The translations under genes were made by a program, and so were the position numbers. DNA of 64,000 bases, from the IMG/VR virus record IMGVR_UViG_3300009285_003054, positions 112,804 to 176,803 of that record; one strand, given 5' to 3'. The stretch is from a virus. Each line of letters begins with the position of its first letter. Within the stretch, counting starts at the first letter, position 1. The notes beneath the pieces were generated by a model, which searched no databases, had not been told where the DNA came from, and saw only the letters and a list, made by a program, of their open reading frames with translations. Below, one piece after another: positions 38,803 through 48,471 of this stretch.

Positions 38803-39614
38803 CTCGGTATGATAGCAGTGAATGCTGTGAGCACTGTTTGTAATGTTTCCAAAGTGGTTAAGATCACGTCACAGCTATCCTGTGACCCAACTACCGGAAG
38901 TTGAATCAATGGCATCAGTTCCGAACCCGCAATGTCATTAGCAATCTGGATAAACGTGTTGACGACTGCTAGCAATGCCGTGAGTGCAGTAAGCCCCCCA
39001 AGGATGCCCCCACGTTGTGCATCCAGGTTGGCTTGTGCAGCAGTCAGTAACGATTGACATCCCTTCATTTGCGACTCCGGCAGACTACTTAGTAGTGCCG
39101 TGAGGTTAGAGATACGAGTTTGCGCATCACAAAGGGAGTGTACGTTAACAATCACACACTCCACAATGTGCAGAAGAAAATTGACAATCGAGATAATCAT
39201 CCCCGGCCATGCGAAGGGTGGGTATACCGCACAGACCAAAGCGGCTACTGCAGAGATCAGCGCTGCCATAGCATCCATAACCGGTTGTGGGGAGAGTGAC
39301 ATAATCGATTCTGGAACTGCTGCGATGGCATCTTTGACCGCCATCAGTACATCCACGATCATGAATATGGGCTGGATACTCCCTAGCAATGCATTCAACG
39401 GCCCTAGTATCTTCTCCATCCACGCCCGACAATCCGGGAAGTCTGTGTCAATGACACTGCACAGACTCACACCCCAAGGAAGATCAATACAGATATTGAA
39501 AGGTGGGCCGGAAAGAGTACCAATTGAGGCTACAGCAGTTGCGGGGAGATCTAATGCCGCCTCTTCCAGGTATGCTGCCCGCGCAGCTACTTTTTCTGCT
39601 GGGGTGAGTCCCAT
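38793..39614 (-). CDS. Hydrophobic all-helical protein next to the baseplate spike
   Basis: Long apolar helices, several Cys, few basic residues; GAGGT RBS. Confidence 0.6.
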   Translation of the reverse strand: MGLTPAEKVAARAAYLEEAALDLPATAVASIGTLSGPPFNICIDLPWGVSLCSVIDTDFPDCRAWMEKILGPLNALLGSIQPIFMIVDVLMAVKDAIAAVPESIMSLSPQPVMDAMAALISAVAALVCAVYPPFAWPGMIISIVNFLLHIVECVIVNVHSLCDAQTRISNLTALLSSLPESQMKGCQSLLTAAQANLDAQRGGILGGLTALTALLAVVNTFIQIANDIAGSELMPLIQLPVVGSQDSCDVILTTLETLQTVLTAFTAIIPSCP

Positions 39615-39622
39615 ATACTACC

Positions 39623-40705
39623 TCAAATCGGGGTGGGGAGATCTTGTACTATTCGGCCCTTGATAGTCACATTAGGGGCGGTGATGGTAATCGCACCAGA
39701 TGAAGAAAGATTCAAGGTAAGTCCCCCGACAATGGAGAGAACCCCTCTGGCGGAGAGAGTCATGTTCCCCGAAGATGCGATGTCAATATTCGTTTTTGCA
39801 CTGAGTTGAATCTTCCTCCCAGTGGTTATCCGAAAGGTCCCTTTCGGAATATCAGTCGCCCAGCCAATGTCCGCGGATGTGGGCAACTTCCACCACACAT
39901 TTCCCGCCTCGTCAATCTGGTGGGACACTGCACCAGAACCTGTGGTGTTGTACCACTTACTTAATGCCCGGAGGGGGTTTCCTACCGGGGAGGTAATGTC
40001 CACTCCATCCGTATCAATGACGTGTCCCTCCTGATGATGTACCAGGGTGCCCGGAGATCCCTCGAAGTTAAGAGATCGAACATACTCACGAGCGTAGTCA
40101 CCGTCCCGTTTAATGTATGTACGCTTGGTGTGGTCATCTCCCTTGCGCCATACTATCCCGAAACGCTCTTCTGCTACCAAAGGAGACTCGTGAGCATAAT
40201 CATGCAGTAACCTTCGGTGAATTGGTGCCCGGAACCCCACCTCTAACTCGTCTTGTGCAAGCCACCCTGTGATAATGCCGCCACGTAGACGAAGTGCACC
40301 TTGTTTCGTCCAGTAGGTTTGGGCAAAGCCGGAACTGCTAACTTCTGCCTCCCCTAAGTTCATAGGGCGATAGTGCCCCACGCCCCGAAGGTATGCGTCT
40401 ACCTTGGTAGCCGACTTTGATCCAGAATAATAAAGTACCTCCGGTGCAGCAGTGTCAGCACGTTGTGTTAGTACAGCAGAGGATCCCTCCTCCGGCATGA
40501 ATCGAATCCATGCCCGAATACCCATAGCTGGGTGAGTCAGCTGGATAGCTCGGCCACCACCAAAATCGGTAGCTATCGCACCTTCTGTAACTCCGGAAAT
40601 GGCTGATAAGTGAGCTTGTGCCGGACGTGCCTGCCCATCACCAGCCTCCGTAGGCCTTTGCCTACTTCGATCCATTTGGAGTATCCAAGGTTCTTTAACC
40701 GACAT
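39623..40705 (-). CDS. Baseplate central spike (gpV/gp5-like)
   Basis: N-terminal OB-like segment (IRFMPEEGSSAVL) and C-terminal 8-residue beta-helix repeats (IQLSAKTNIDIASSGNMTLSARG...ITAPNVTIKG). Confidence 0.7.
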   Translation of the reverse strand: MSVKEPWILQMDRSRQRPTEAGDGQARPAQAHLSAISGVTEGAIATDFGGGRAIQLTHPAMGIRAWIRFMPEEGSSAVLTQRADTAAPEVLYYSGSKSATKVDAYLRGVGHYRPMNLGEAEVSSSGFAQTYWTKQGALRLRGGIITGWLAQDELEVGFRAPIHRRLLHDYAHESPLVAEERFGIVWRKGDDHTKRTYIKRDGDYAREYVRSLNFEGSPGTLVHHQEGHVIDTDGVDITSPVGNPLRALSKWYNTTGSGAVSHQIDEAGNVWWKLPTSADIGWATDIPKGTFRITTGRKIQLSAKTNIDIASSGNMTLSARGVLSIVGGLTLNLSSSGAITITAPNVTIKGRIVQDLPTPI

Positions 40706-40709
40706 CGAA

Positions 40710-43634
40710 TCAACCTTCCCCTGTCGAGAAATGATTTAGAAACCCAACACTGGCGGCGATGCTATCAAACACTGCGCCGAACCCGACGAAATCATTTCGG
40801 TAGAGATGGGTGGGCTTCAGACATACCTTCCACCCTTTCTTCTTGGCTAAGTCCACACTAGTCGCCGCCGAGCCTGGACCAGATGCGGAGATTATTGGGT
40901 ACCCAGTCCCTACCTTAGCCCCAGCTATGATTACAACGTGTGTTGCGGATGTATTGGGATTTCTCCCGGAGTTATAGAATGCTAGCTCCCCCGGAACAGG
41001 CTCACGATCGATTGTTGCGGGGAATAGATCCCTCAACGCCCCCGCCCCATAGTCTTGCTTAGGTCCGAGGATCCCCACAGCTCGATAACAATCCACCACC
41101 AAACCAGCACAATCCACACCTGGATAGCCCGGCGCGCTTTTGTCATTGGGTCCATTGCCTCCCCACACATAAGGTGTTGCACGGGCAACATGATATTGTG
41201 CCCGTGCCAATATCTCTTCTTGCGCCAATTGAGCCGTTCCTTTGGTTGTCGGGGTGTCACCACCCCACCATAACCCCAGTGTTTTTCCGAGCTCACCTAC
41301 CTTGTTGTAGTCATCCCCGACACCGGGGGATCCATCGCTGTATGTAATGATGATATCAAAATCTGGGGATGGGTTGGACCCGTGAAGATATGGATCAATT
41401 GACTCGTGCCGATCCCCAGGATTGTATGTGCAGATCAATGCAACACTAAACCCGAACGACTCTTCTGCAGTAGCGCGGAGTTGTCTCCATAGCTCACGTG
41501 CACGTTCGGTCAAAAACATCTCATCTGATTCGCATGCGTCAGCAACAAGGTTAAGCCCACCCTCACCTGTCTGAATGGTTTGCATAACCGAGCTGATGTT
41601 TGGTCTTCCCTGCACATTCTCATCGGGACAACTGGAGTTGATTGGCTTGGTTGCATTCCCCGCAGGGGAATAAGATTCAAGCACCTGAATCCCCCTAGTA
41701 GGGTTCATCAGCGGTCCCGAACCGTTGTATGAGAGGGGTAAATTTTTGGATCCCGTGATAAGCACGAATTGCCCGGTTTCATCCCGCCTACGGACATACT
41801 TGAATGTTGCAGCTGAACTGGGTGTACCGTGCTCCGGTTGAAGCGCATAGTTGTCGCTAATGGAAGAGATCCAGCCCATGCGCTCCATTTCTCCCGTAAT
41901 TCGCATCGGTCTGTTAGGGACAAGCAATGGTCGGAAGATAAACGTGGATGAGAGAGTGTCTGCCTCTGCGAGTTTGCGCTGGAAGTATAGGATAGCAAAC
42001 TGTCGCAATCTACATATATCTGTGACATAAGGGAAGCTAACAGGCTCCTCGCGTACACCAAACCGAGAGGCAAGCACTGGCGCGTAGAGTGTCACCCTAG
42101 TGTTAGTCAGTGACATACCATCACCCCTAAGTAATGCGTCTGCAAAGAGATCGCTACTCCCAGACAACGCACCCGGGTCATAGGAGCCAGTAGCCTGGAC
42201 GAGGGTTGGTACTTCGGGTTGGTCATCCTCTACATTGACATTCTTCCCCTCACCGTCATGACGAACTGTAAATGCATCTTCCCATTTCCCGAACTGGGAT
42301 GGATCTAAGTCATACATTGGAAACTCTACTACTAGATCCCCGCATCCAGATGTAAACCAATGATAGTCGAGCTTTTCTAGGTAATCCTCGATAATGGTTT
42401 TCCTGGACGACCAGGATCTACTACTTGAACCAGAATCAAATGTATACTCGGTGAGAGTAGCCATCCCAGATCCTTCGGGAGGGAGCAGCATATAGAGCTG
42501 TGCGGCATGAGGTGCAGTATCCCCACCCCAAGTGCATCGACTACCGTGGGATTGAACCTGCGCGTCAGTCCAAGGATTCCCGGAGTTTTCGATCCCAAAC
42601 AGTGTCAATCGATGCCAAAGCTCTAGGATTTTCTTATCATCACCCCCGGTACCATCCTCCCGTGGCCAACGTACAGCACCAAGATCACTCCTAAACCGTC
42701 CTATAGCTTTAACGTCAAAATAATCGTCTGTTTCCGACTTTACCCCAGCCAACCTGCGGGATACCCCTGTTGCTCCGGTACTAGGCTCCTGTTGAGTTTC
42801 GGTAACGCTAGTCCCACCAAAGTATGAGAAAAGACGCTGCAAATAATCAATACTGGCGGAAGCTTTTCCGTTACCCGGCTCTACCTTGTGCTTGGGTACA
42901 ATCCCGCCAACAATGAGCATTCGTACTGTTTCCTCCAATGACATATTAGCCAGTGGTGTAGACAAGTTGGTGGGTAACTGTAGATCAGAAAGTAGGCCAT
43001 TCACAATTACTGGGTCGAATGCGTTGAGTGTCTGCTCTGCACTGCCACCCCGCCCAACCCCATCGGATGAGACTGCGGTTACCTCATTGGTAATAAGGTA
43101 ATTCATCTGCACTCTCATATATGCCATCAGAGCTCGAATGTCATAGCAAGACACCGAGATTGCAGACTTCCCGCTCTCCCAGTCACGATCCACTGGTTTG
43201 TTGCTGATATATCCTTTGAATCGTGGGATCCAACGAACAATCTGCGTATACGGCCACCTGACAGCTACGAACACTGGATCCAATGCATGCAGAATAGTAG
43301 ACCCCGCTACTAATGGCCACCTTCTCTGTCCTGTGAATGTATCACGGGCATTGATCAATGCGTCATTCTTTTCCAGGTACATCGCATGTTTGATCTGCTC
43401 ACCATATTCCCCAGGATGTCCACCAAGTTTCCACTCCCCCCGAATGTTTTCGTCAGTGAGAATAAATCCATTATTGGCATTGGAGAGTGAGAACGATACC
43501 GAATTATACCCACCACGACCACAGAGGGTGCAAGACACAGCACCATTCAGCCGATCAGTGACATCTATACCAGCAATCCATATACGTACACCGTGGTGTA
43601 GTGTACGGGTTGGGTCGTCTCGAAAAATAGCCAT
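40710..43634 (-). CDS. Baseplate hub protein fused to peptidoglycan peptidase domains (M15-like and NlpC/P60)
   Basis: Hub: FKGYIS...ISVSCYD, RFGVRE, FRPLLVPNRP. NlpC/P60: PYVWGG, GVDCAGLV, PGELAFY, HVVI. M15-like: LHG...DFDI, LGLWWGGD, NHFS. Confidence 0.8.
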   Translation of the reverse strand: MAIFRDDPTRTLHHGVRIWIAGIDVTDRLNGAVSCTLCGRGGYNSVSFSLSNANNGFILTDENIRGEWKLGGHPGEYGEQIKHAMYLEKNDALINARDTFTGQRRWPLVAGSTILHALDPVFVAVRWPYTQIVRWIPRFKGYISNKPVDRDWESGKSAISVSCYDIRALMAYMRVQMNYLITNEVTAVSSDGVGRGGSAEQTLNAFDPVIVNGLLSDLQLPTNLSTPLANMSLEETVRMLIVGGIVPKHKVEPGNGKASASIDYLQRLFSYFGGTSVTETQQEPSTGATGVSRRLAGVKSETDDYFDVKAIGRFRSDLGAVRWPREDGTGGDDKKILELWHRLTLFGIENSGNPWTDAQVQSHGSRCTWGGDTAPHAAQLYMLLPPEGSGMATLTEYTFDSGSSSRSWSSRKTIIEDYLEKLDYHWFTSGCGDLVVEFPMYDLDPSQFGKWEDAFTVRHDGEGKNVNVEDDQPEVPTLVQATGSYDPGALSGSSDLFADALLRGDGMSLTNTRVTLYAPVLASRFGVREEPVSFPYVTDICRLRQFAILYFQRKLAEADTLSSTFIFRPLLVPNRPMRITGEMERMGWISSISDNYALQPEHGTPSSAATFKYVRRRDETGQFVLITGSKNLPLSYNGSGPLMNPTRGIQVLESYSPAGNATKPINSSCPDENVQGRPNISSVMQTIQTGEGGLNLVADACESDEMFLTERARELWRQLRATAEESFGFSVALICTYNPGDRHESIDPYLHGSNPSPDFDIIITYSDGSPGVGDDYNKVGELGKTLGLWWGGDTPTTKGTAQLAQEEILARAQYHVARATPYVWGGNGPNDKSAPGYPGVDCAGLVVDCYRAVGILGPKQDYGAGALRDLFPATIDREPVPGELAFYNSGRNPNTSATHVVIIAGAKVGTGYPIISASGPGSAATSVDLAKKKGWKVCLKPTHLYRNDFVGFGAVFDSIAASVGFLNHFSTGEG

Positions 43635-43662
43635 AATAGAAATAACCTCCTACCCCTAGAAA

Positions 43663-44214
43663 CTACTCGGGTTGAGGTTGATCCGCTTTGGTTGATGAGA
43701 TTACATCCGAAGTATGTAGGATTGCTGAGAGCACCCGGAGCAATAGGGATGTTTCGGGCTTCACTAGGATACTTAGCATCGATGAGATCACAGGATCCAC
43801 GTGATAGCGGGACGAAACTCCAATAATAGGTATTCTGGCCAGAGTAGCTAGCTGCAACACGGAGAGAATACTTTGATCAGGGTGTTCTAAATAAAGCATG
43901 ACAGCCGAGCAACGCTGCAAGCACCAATATTGTAAGACTGCCTCTCGGGGACCGTCTAATGGAAGTTCCCCTTCGGGGAGATGCAACGCATTTTGAAGAT
44001 CAGCCCAGCTTAGTCGAGCCTCCTCTACGGGCATTTCTGGCCACATGGGCATGCATAACTGTATGGCCGCAGACACCAGTGGTTGTTGCTGGATGATATT
44101 TCGCCCATGTATGAAATAGTGTACTCCTAGCGATGATAGAGCTAGACAATCTGCATTTGTATAGATAACATGCTCTATATTAATAGCCGAAACCATTATT
44201 TTGTTGTACCCCAC
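43663..44214 (-). CDS. Hypothetical protein, possible degenerate nucleoside 2-deoxyribosyltransferase-like fold
   Basis: LQRCSAVMLYLEHPDQSILSVLQLATLARIPIIGV follows the NDT-like layout but lacks the GT..E catalytic residues. Confidence 0.35.
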   Translation of the reverse strand: MGYNKIMVSAINIEHVIYTNADCLALSSLGVHYFIHGRNIIQQQPLVSAAIQLCMPMWPEMPVEEARLSWADLQNALHLPEGELPLDGPREAVLQYWCLQRCSAVMLYLEHPDQSILSVLQLATLARIPIIGVSSRYHVDPVISSMLSILVKPETSLLLRVLSAILHTSDVISSTKADQPQPE

Positions 44215-44714
44215 TTAGGAAATAGAAAGTCTATTTCGTGTCGAAGTATGGCATCTTCGTATCCAGATAATCCGTATATTTGGATCATCCCTTTGAGCAC
44301 AGCCAACCTTGAAAGATTGCGATTATACAATAAGATTGCCCGATGACCCCTATCATCCGGATCCCCCCGAGAATGGTTCTGGAGCTGTGTTTCAAAATCG
44401 GAAAGGGATTGAGTAGTGGCGCGTTCTAATTGGAATACCCGGGAGAACATGTCCAAGTGCTCGCGATAAGCACTTGGATCGGGATCATGTGGAACTGTCA
44501 TCAGCGAGGGTGTTGACTCCTTTTGATCATCACACTTTCTTTTTCTCGATGATGGGGTGGCTGCGCTCCAAGGTCCCGACCAGCAGTCTGGATTGCGACA
44601 GACAACTGTGTCGCTTGGTTGTCTCTCTCGTGAACCGATCCAATTTAGCCACCAATCTACTACTCTGCCACAGGTGGGGCAGCGACGACCCACAGTGGTA
44701 ATCTTGTGACACAC
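44196..44714 (-). CDS. Zinc-finger hypothetical protein
   Basis: CPTCG...CRNPDC. Confidence 0.5.
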   Translation of the reverse strand: MCHKITTVGRRCPTCGRVVDWWLNWIGSRERQPSDTVVCRNPDCWSGPWSAATPSSRKRKCDDQKESTPSLMTVPHDPDPSAYREHLDMFSRVFQLERATTQSLSDFETQLQNHSRGDPDDRGHRAILLYNRNLSRLAVLKGMIQIYGLSGYEDAILRHEIDFLFPKWGTTK

Positions 44715-45487
44715 TAGCCATCCCCTCTCCGGGGGATATATGACCCGTTAGATACCTTTCCAGATGTCACGGGAAGAGTCCCACCAGTGTGGAGAATGGA
44801 TTGGATTTCGAGAAGTGTGGCATGGGATGTTTGACAGTTTTTGAGGACCAACTCACAAATACTTAACACCGAACCAACCTGCGCATGGCGCAGCTCAATC
44901 TCATGCAGAATTTCATTAAGAGTAACTGTTCTGATGTCTGCCGGTTTTAGCAAGCGTAGTTCTCGATACTTACGAACAAGCAGTGATTCCGCCCGTTGCC
45001 AGATCACCCCGATGTCCGATTTATTTTCCTCCGCTTGTGCTGCTATGATCAGCGTCCGATCGCGCAAGCGTTGGACACGTTCATACAACAAAATCAGTCC
45101 AGATATAGACTGCTCTGCTTTAGGATGTTTCTTTGAGAGGAAATCGAACGCATCAGTTACGAGGACATACCCCCTCTTGCCTTTGCGTAATGCACCAAAT
45201 ATCCCATCTTCTGCCAAAGATCTTGCATCTGTAACTAGTGATGGTAGATGGGCGTATGTCGTGAATGCTGCTTTGTTCAATGCAGCTATCTCTGGATCCC
45301 CTCGATACCGTTGGGGAAGCAGTGCCATCTCAAAATTGATGCACGCCATCTTTTTCGGAGTAACCTGGTAGATCTCACAACAATTTCCCCGGATCTTGCT
45401 GTTATACGAATGCAAGTATTCACACTCCCCACATCTTCGTGGGGAATCCTCCAGTAGTGCAGGTCGATTACTTTTCAAAGTCGTCAT
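44714..45487 (-). CDS. Cys-motif plus coiled-coil protein (possibly a UvsY-like recombination mediator)
   Basis: N-terminal CGEC...CC...C..F and long C-terminal helices. UvsY-likeness is only a guess from architecture. Confidence 0.4.
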   Translation of the reverse strand: MTTLKSNRPALLEDSPRRCGECEYLHSYNSKIRGNCCEIYQVTPKKMACINFEMALLPQRYRGDPEIAALNKAAFTTYAHLPSLVTDARSLAEDGIFGALRKGKRGYVLVTDAFDFLSKKHPKAEQSISGLILLYERVQRLRDRTLIIAAQAEENKSDIGVIWQRAESLLVRKYRELRLLKPADIRTVTLNEILHEIELRHAQVGSVLSICELVLKNCQTSHATLLEIQSILHTGGTLPVTSGKVSNGSYIPRRGDG

Positions 45488-45819
45488 GCCCGGGCATTCC
45501 CTGATGATATGTACAGCTTGGGGATAAGTGCAGATACAGCCAAAAATTGGGTGACTTTCTCCTTCTGTGGATCATATGCAAATGTGGATACGGAGTCTTC
45601 TCTCATCATATCCATTACTCCTTTTAAAGAAGACTCCGTACCAATTTCAAATACTTGAACTTCGTCATCCACGAGGGAAAAATCGGTTAAGAAATCCCGA
45701 GCCTTGTCTGCACTTGAGAAGACTACACTAAAACGGAATTTACTTATTAAATCACTAGTTAGCACCAACGGTCGAAGATAATCCATGATGGTGTACAGCG
45801 GCAGGGAGAGTAATGACAT
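45484..45819 (-). CDS. Hypothetical protein
   Basis: 111-aa ORF with ATGA overlap. Confidence 0.5.
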   Translation of the reverse strand: MSLLSLPLYTIMDYLRPLVLTSDLISKFRFSVVFSSADKARDFLTDFSLVDDEVQVFEIGTESSLKGVMDMMREDSVSTFAYDPQKEKVTQFLAVSALIPKLYISSGNARA

Positions 45820-45830
45820 TTCATAATCTC

Positions 45831-46739
45831 CTAAGCGGTTAGCCGCGCAATGTGACGAATAAACTCATCACGTGCACCTAAATCATTGTCCATGAATGCA
45901 CCTCGCAATGCGGTGCTCGAGGTGCGTGATGACTCCATCCTAACACCACGAGCGCAGATACACGTATGCATAGCATCCGCAATTACTGCACTTCCATCAG
46001 ATTTTATCCGAAGTTTTGACCAAATGTCATCTGTGTTGTCATCGGAGCTATTGCTATAGAGAATGTCCGCGATCATCTCCGGCACTGACTCGTGTAGGAT
46101 GGGTTGAGACCCCACGGCTACCGCCACTCGCACAAGTTTAGACAAACCAAGCAACTCGGTTGTCTTCCCACTATCTAGCGGCAGATATGCCATATGGATG
46201 ACATATCTGATGGGGAGCAGGTGGTGGGGGCACATCCCCCACACGACGTTGTTGGCGGATATGACCATGGAGCCAACCACCTCGAAAGTACTGGATGCCA
46301 TCCCCGCCTCCCGGTACCCCGGGAATCTTTTGCTCAATTGGTACAGCGTTTCCTGCTCGAGCAACCATCGTGGAGGGTGGCTGTCGAACAGAGCCTCGGA
46401 GCATCGTCGTGCGGAATCTGTAAAGTTGGCACGATCCCTATCAGAATCGTAACCAAACTCATTCATCAGCACATCCACGATACCCTGGTAGTGGGGGATT
46501 AGAGCGTCTACTATTTGTCGCCTTCGACTTGATCTCCGCATCCCTATCAGAAGACACGCCAACTCCGCTGAGTCCATGTCCGAAGATTCGTCCTCCACCA
46601 TTCCGGCCAACAGAGCCCGAAGATCCGCTGGGCTCTTGTTGGGTATCTCCTGTGCGAGTATCTCTGCAGCATGGCGTTCACTTCCGGGGGACAGCATAGG
46701 CGCCCCAGAGGGATCCCGAAGTACTTTTATCTTAGTCAT
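45831..46739 (-). CDS. folE: GTP cyclohydrolase I (FolE) with N-terminal extension
   Basis: MCPHHLLP, HMAYLP, LGLSKLVR, Q.ILHE, HTCICARGV and ALRGAF...RDEF motifs. Confidence 0.93.
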   Translation of the reverse strand: MTKIKVLRDPSGAPMLSPGSERHAAEILAQEIPNKSPADLRALLAGMVEDESSDMDSAELACLLIGMRRSSRRRQIVDALIPHYQGIVDVLMNEFGYDSDRDRANFTDSARRCSEALFDSHPPRWLLEQETLYQLSKRFPGYREAGMASSTFEVVGSMVISANNVVWGMCPHHLLPIRYVIHMAYLPLDSGKTTELLGLSKLVRVAVAVGSQPILHESVPEMIADILYSNSSDDNTDDIWSKLRIKSDGSAVIADAMHTCICARGVRMESSRTSSTALRGAFMDNDLGARDEFIRHIARLTA

Positions 46740-46741
46740 TA

Positions 46742-47188
46742 CTAACTCGTCTCTATAGGGTGGGGGGATGGGATTGTCCCAAACCGAATGTCACTCTTCC
46801 GCTCCGAGAGGGGGGGATTTCTCCCTACCAGGTGATAATCGGAGTGATTCTTCCCAAACTTGTATAGGAACACATACCCAGAGTATAACGTCCGAAACAT
46901 TCGGCCTGTGGGGTACTTACGCCCTGGTCTACGATAGAAAACAGAGAAGTACCACGTCCCAGCAAGGGAGCAGTATTTTGGGTGTTTTCTCTCTCGAAAT
47001 TCCAGGCGATACCCTACCAGAGTGTGCCGAGTAGGGTGGTTTAACTCGTAGAACTTGATGTACTTGTCACAGAATACCAAACTGGACAGTTCGGATCCGG
47101 AAAGCATGTGCAGGGTGCTTTTCTCAACGTCCCTGTCTACATAGACTACAACGGAGTTTCCATGGCGGGCAAACCTAGTAATCAACAT
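46742..47188 (-). CDS. Hypothetical basic protein
   Basis: 148-aa ORF ending 2 nt before the folE start. Confidence 0.5.
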   Translation of the reverse strand: MLITRFARHGNSVVVYVDRDVEKSTLHMLSGSELSSLVFCDKYIKFYELNHPTRHTLVGYRLEFRERKHPKYCSLAGTWYFSVFYRRPGRKYPTGRMFRTLYSGYVFLYKFGKNHSDYHLVGRNPPLSERKSDIRFGTIPSPHPIETS

Positions 47189-47223
47189 GTATAGGATGTT
47201 CCAAGTAGAGGATGGTTAATCGA

Positions 47224-48468
47224 TTAACGATCGACCGTCCCGAAGTAGTGGTGAGTGTGTGTTCTCCCCGAAGCCACCTGTCTAATCATTTTTTCCCAAA
47301 CTGTATATACCACCTTGCTTGGGTGGACCAGCGACATTGATTCTACAATGAATGTACCCTTAACTGCTACTTCCCCAGAACCGGTGCTGGATACCGGTTT
47401 GATCGTGATAGATCCCTGTGCGACGCTCCCCGAAACTTGCAGATGCACATTACCCTTTTTCAAGGTAACCACTACATGTCCCGCGTTCTCATCGGACCCG
47501 GATGAGAGCTTTGTTCGGGGTCCTCCTTGCACCGATAGCACATCGGTGAAATGTTGCATGTGCTTCTCGGTGTCCAGGGTCAGTGTGAATAGTGGGGGTT
47601 TGTCTTTGTACTCCTTGGTAAAATCCCGGGTAGGATCTCCCAAGGTATTCTCTACTGACGGAGTAACACTGATGCAGGTAGCGGTCTGCAGTAGAATTTG
47701 TTCGGGGGTAACCCGAAGTCCAATCGACCCAGTGCGTTCCTCTCCGGTACACTTCTGAAGAAATGCGAAGAGATGCCCAGAACTGAAACTGGACATCGGC
47801 ATATCCTCAGATGCCGGGCAGGTTTCGCAGACTACTGCCGCGCGTTGTCGATCAAAGACTACCACGCGCAGTTCGTGCGTCGCAGGTTTTTTGTCACTGG
47901 ATTTCTTCCTCGGAAGTTCCTGCTCATTGAGCTTCCCTTTCCTCCGGGATGACAGCGTATTCACTTCTAAGATGATCAGTACATCCTCTTGCTCCTCGAG
48001 AACATTGGCATTGAAGAGTGCTGTTGTCACCACACGATGAACAGCTCCAAAAGGGATGTGTAGAGATGGATCCGTCAACTCAGGAATCTCAATTGCATCC
48101 AAGTCCCCAATGGTTACGAAGGTACCCCGAATGTTCCCCTTATACTTCACATTCCGATTCTCGGGGTCATACTCCATCCGTACATATTCTGATCCATACG
48201 ACAGCCATGGAATTGCAATATTGGTAGTGAAGTACCCAGCCGTCTCTATCTCCGCGAGACACTTCACCATCACGTAAGATCCATGTTTCCCCGCTTGGAT
48301 CACCAAGTAATCCGGGTAGAGATCCGTCCGGAATGCCACTGTTTGATCCTGGATGGGTATTCCATCCACCCGGAGCAAAGAGTTGACCCTATCAAGGGCG
48401 GTGTTGAGTGCATTTACCTTAACTTTGAATGCACATCCTGGGTGGATCTTCTTTTCTTTTTTGCGCAT
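47224..48468 (-). CDS. Probable DNA polymerase sliding clamp (beta-clamp-like)
   Basis: FKVKVNALNTALDRV start, LRVVVFDRQRAA (aligns to the DnaN lvatDghRla), three-domain length, position among replisome genes. Confidence 0.6.
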   Translation of the reverse strand: MRKKEKKIHPGCAFKVKVNALNTALDRVNSLLRVDGIPIQDQTVAFRTDLYPDYLVIQAGKHGSYVMVKCLAEIETAGYFTTNIAIPWLSYGSEYVRMEYDPENRNVKYKGNIRGTFVTIGDLDAIEIPELTDPSLHIPFGAVHRVVTTALFNANVLEEQEDVLIILEVNTLSSRRKGKLNEQELPRKKSSDKKPATHELRVVVFDRQRAAVVCETCPASEDMPMSSFSSGHLFAFLQKCTGEERTGSIGLRVTPEQILLQTATCISVTPSVENTLGDPTRDFTKEYKDKPPLFTLTLDTEKHMQHFTDVLSVQGGPRTKLSSGSDENAGHVVVTLKKGNVHLQVSGSVAQGSITIKPVSSTGSGEVAVKGTFIVESMSLVHPSKVVYTVWEKMIRQVASGRTHTHHYFGTVDR

Positions 48469-48471
48469 GCT

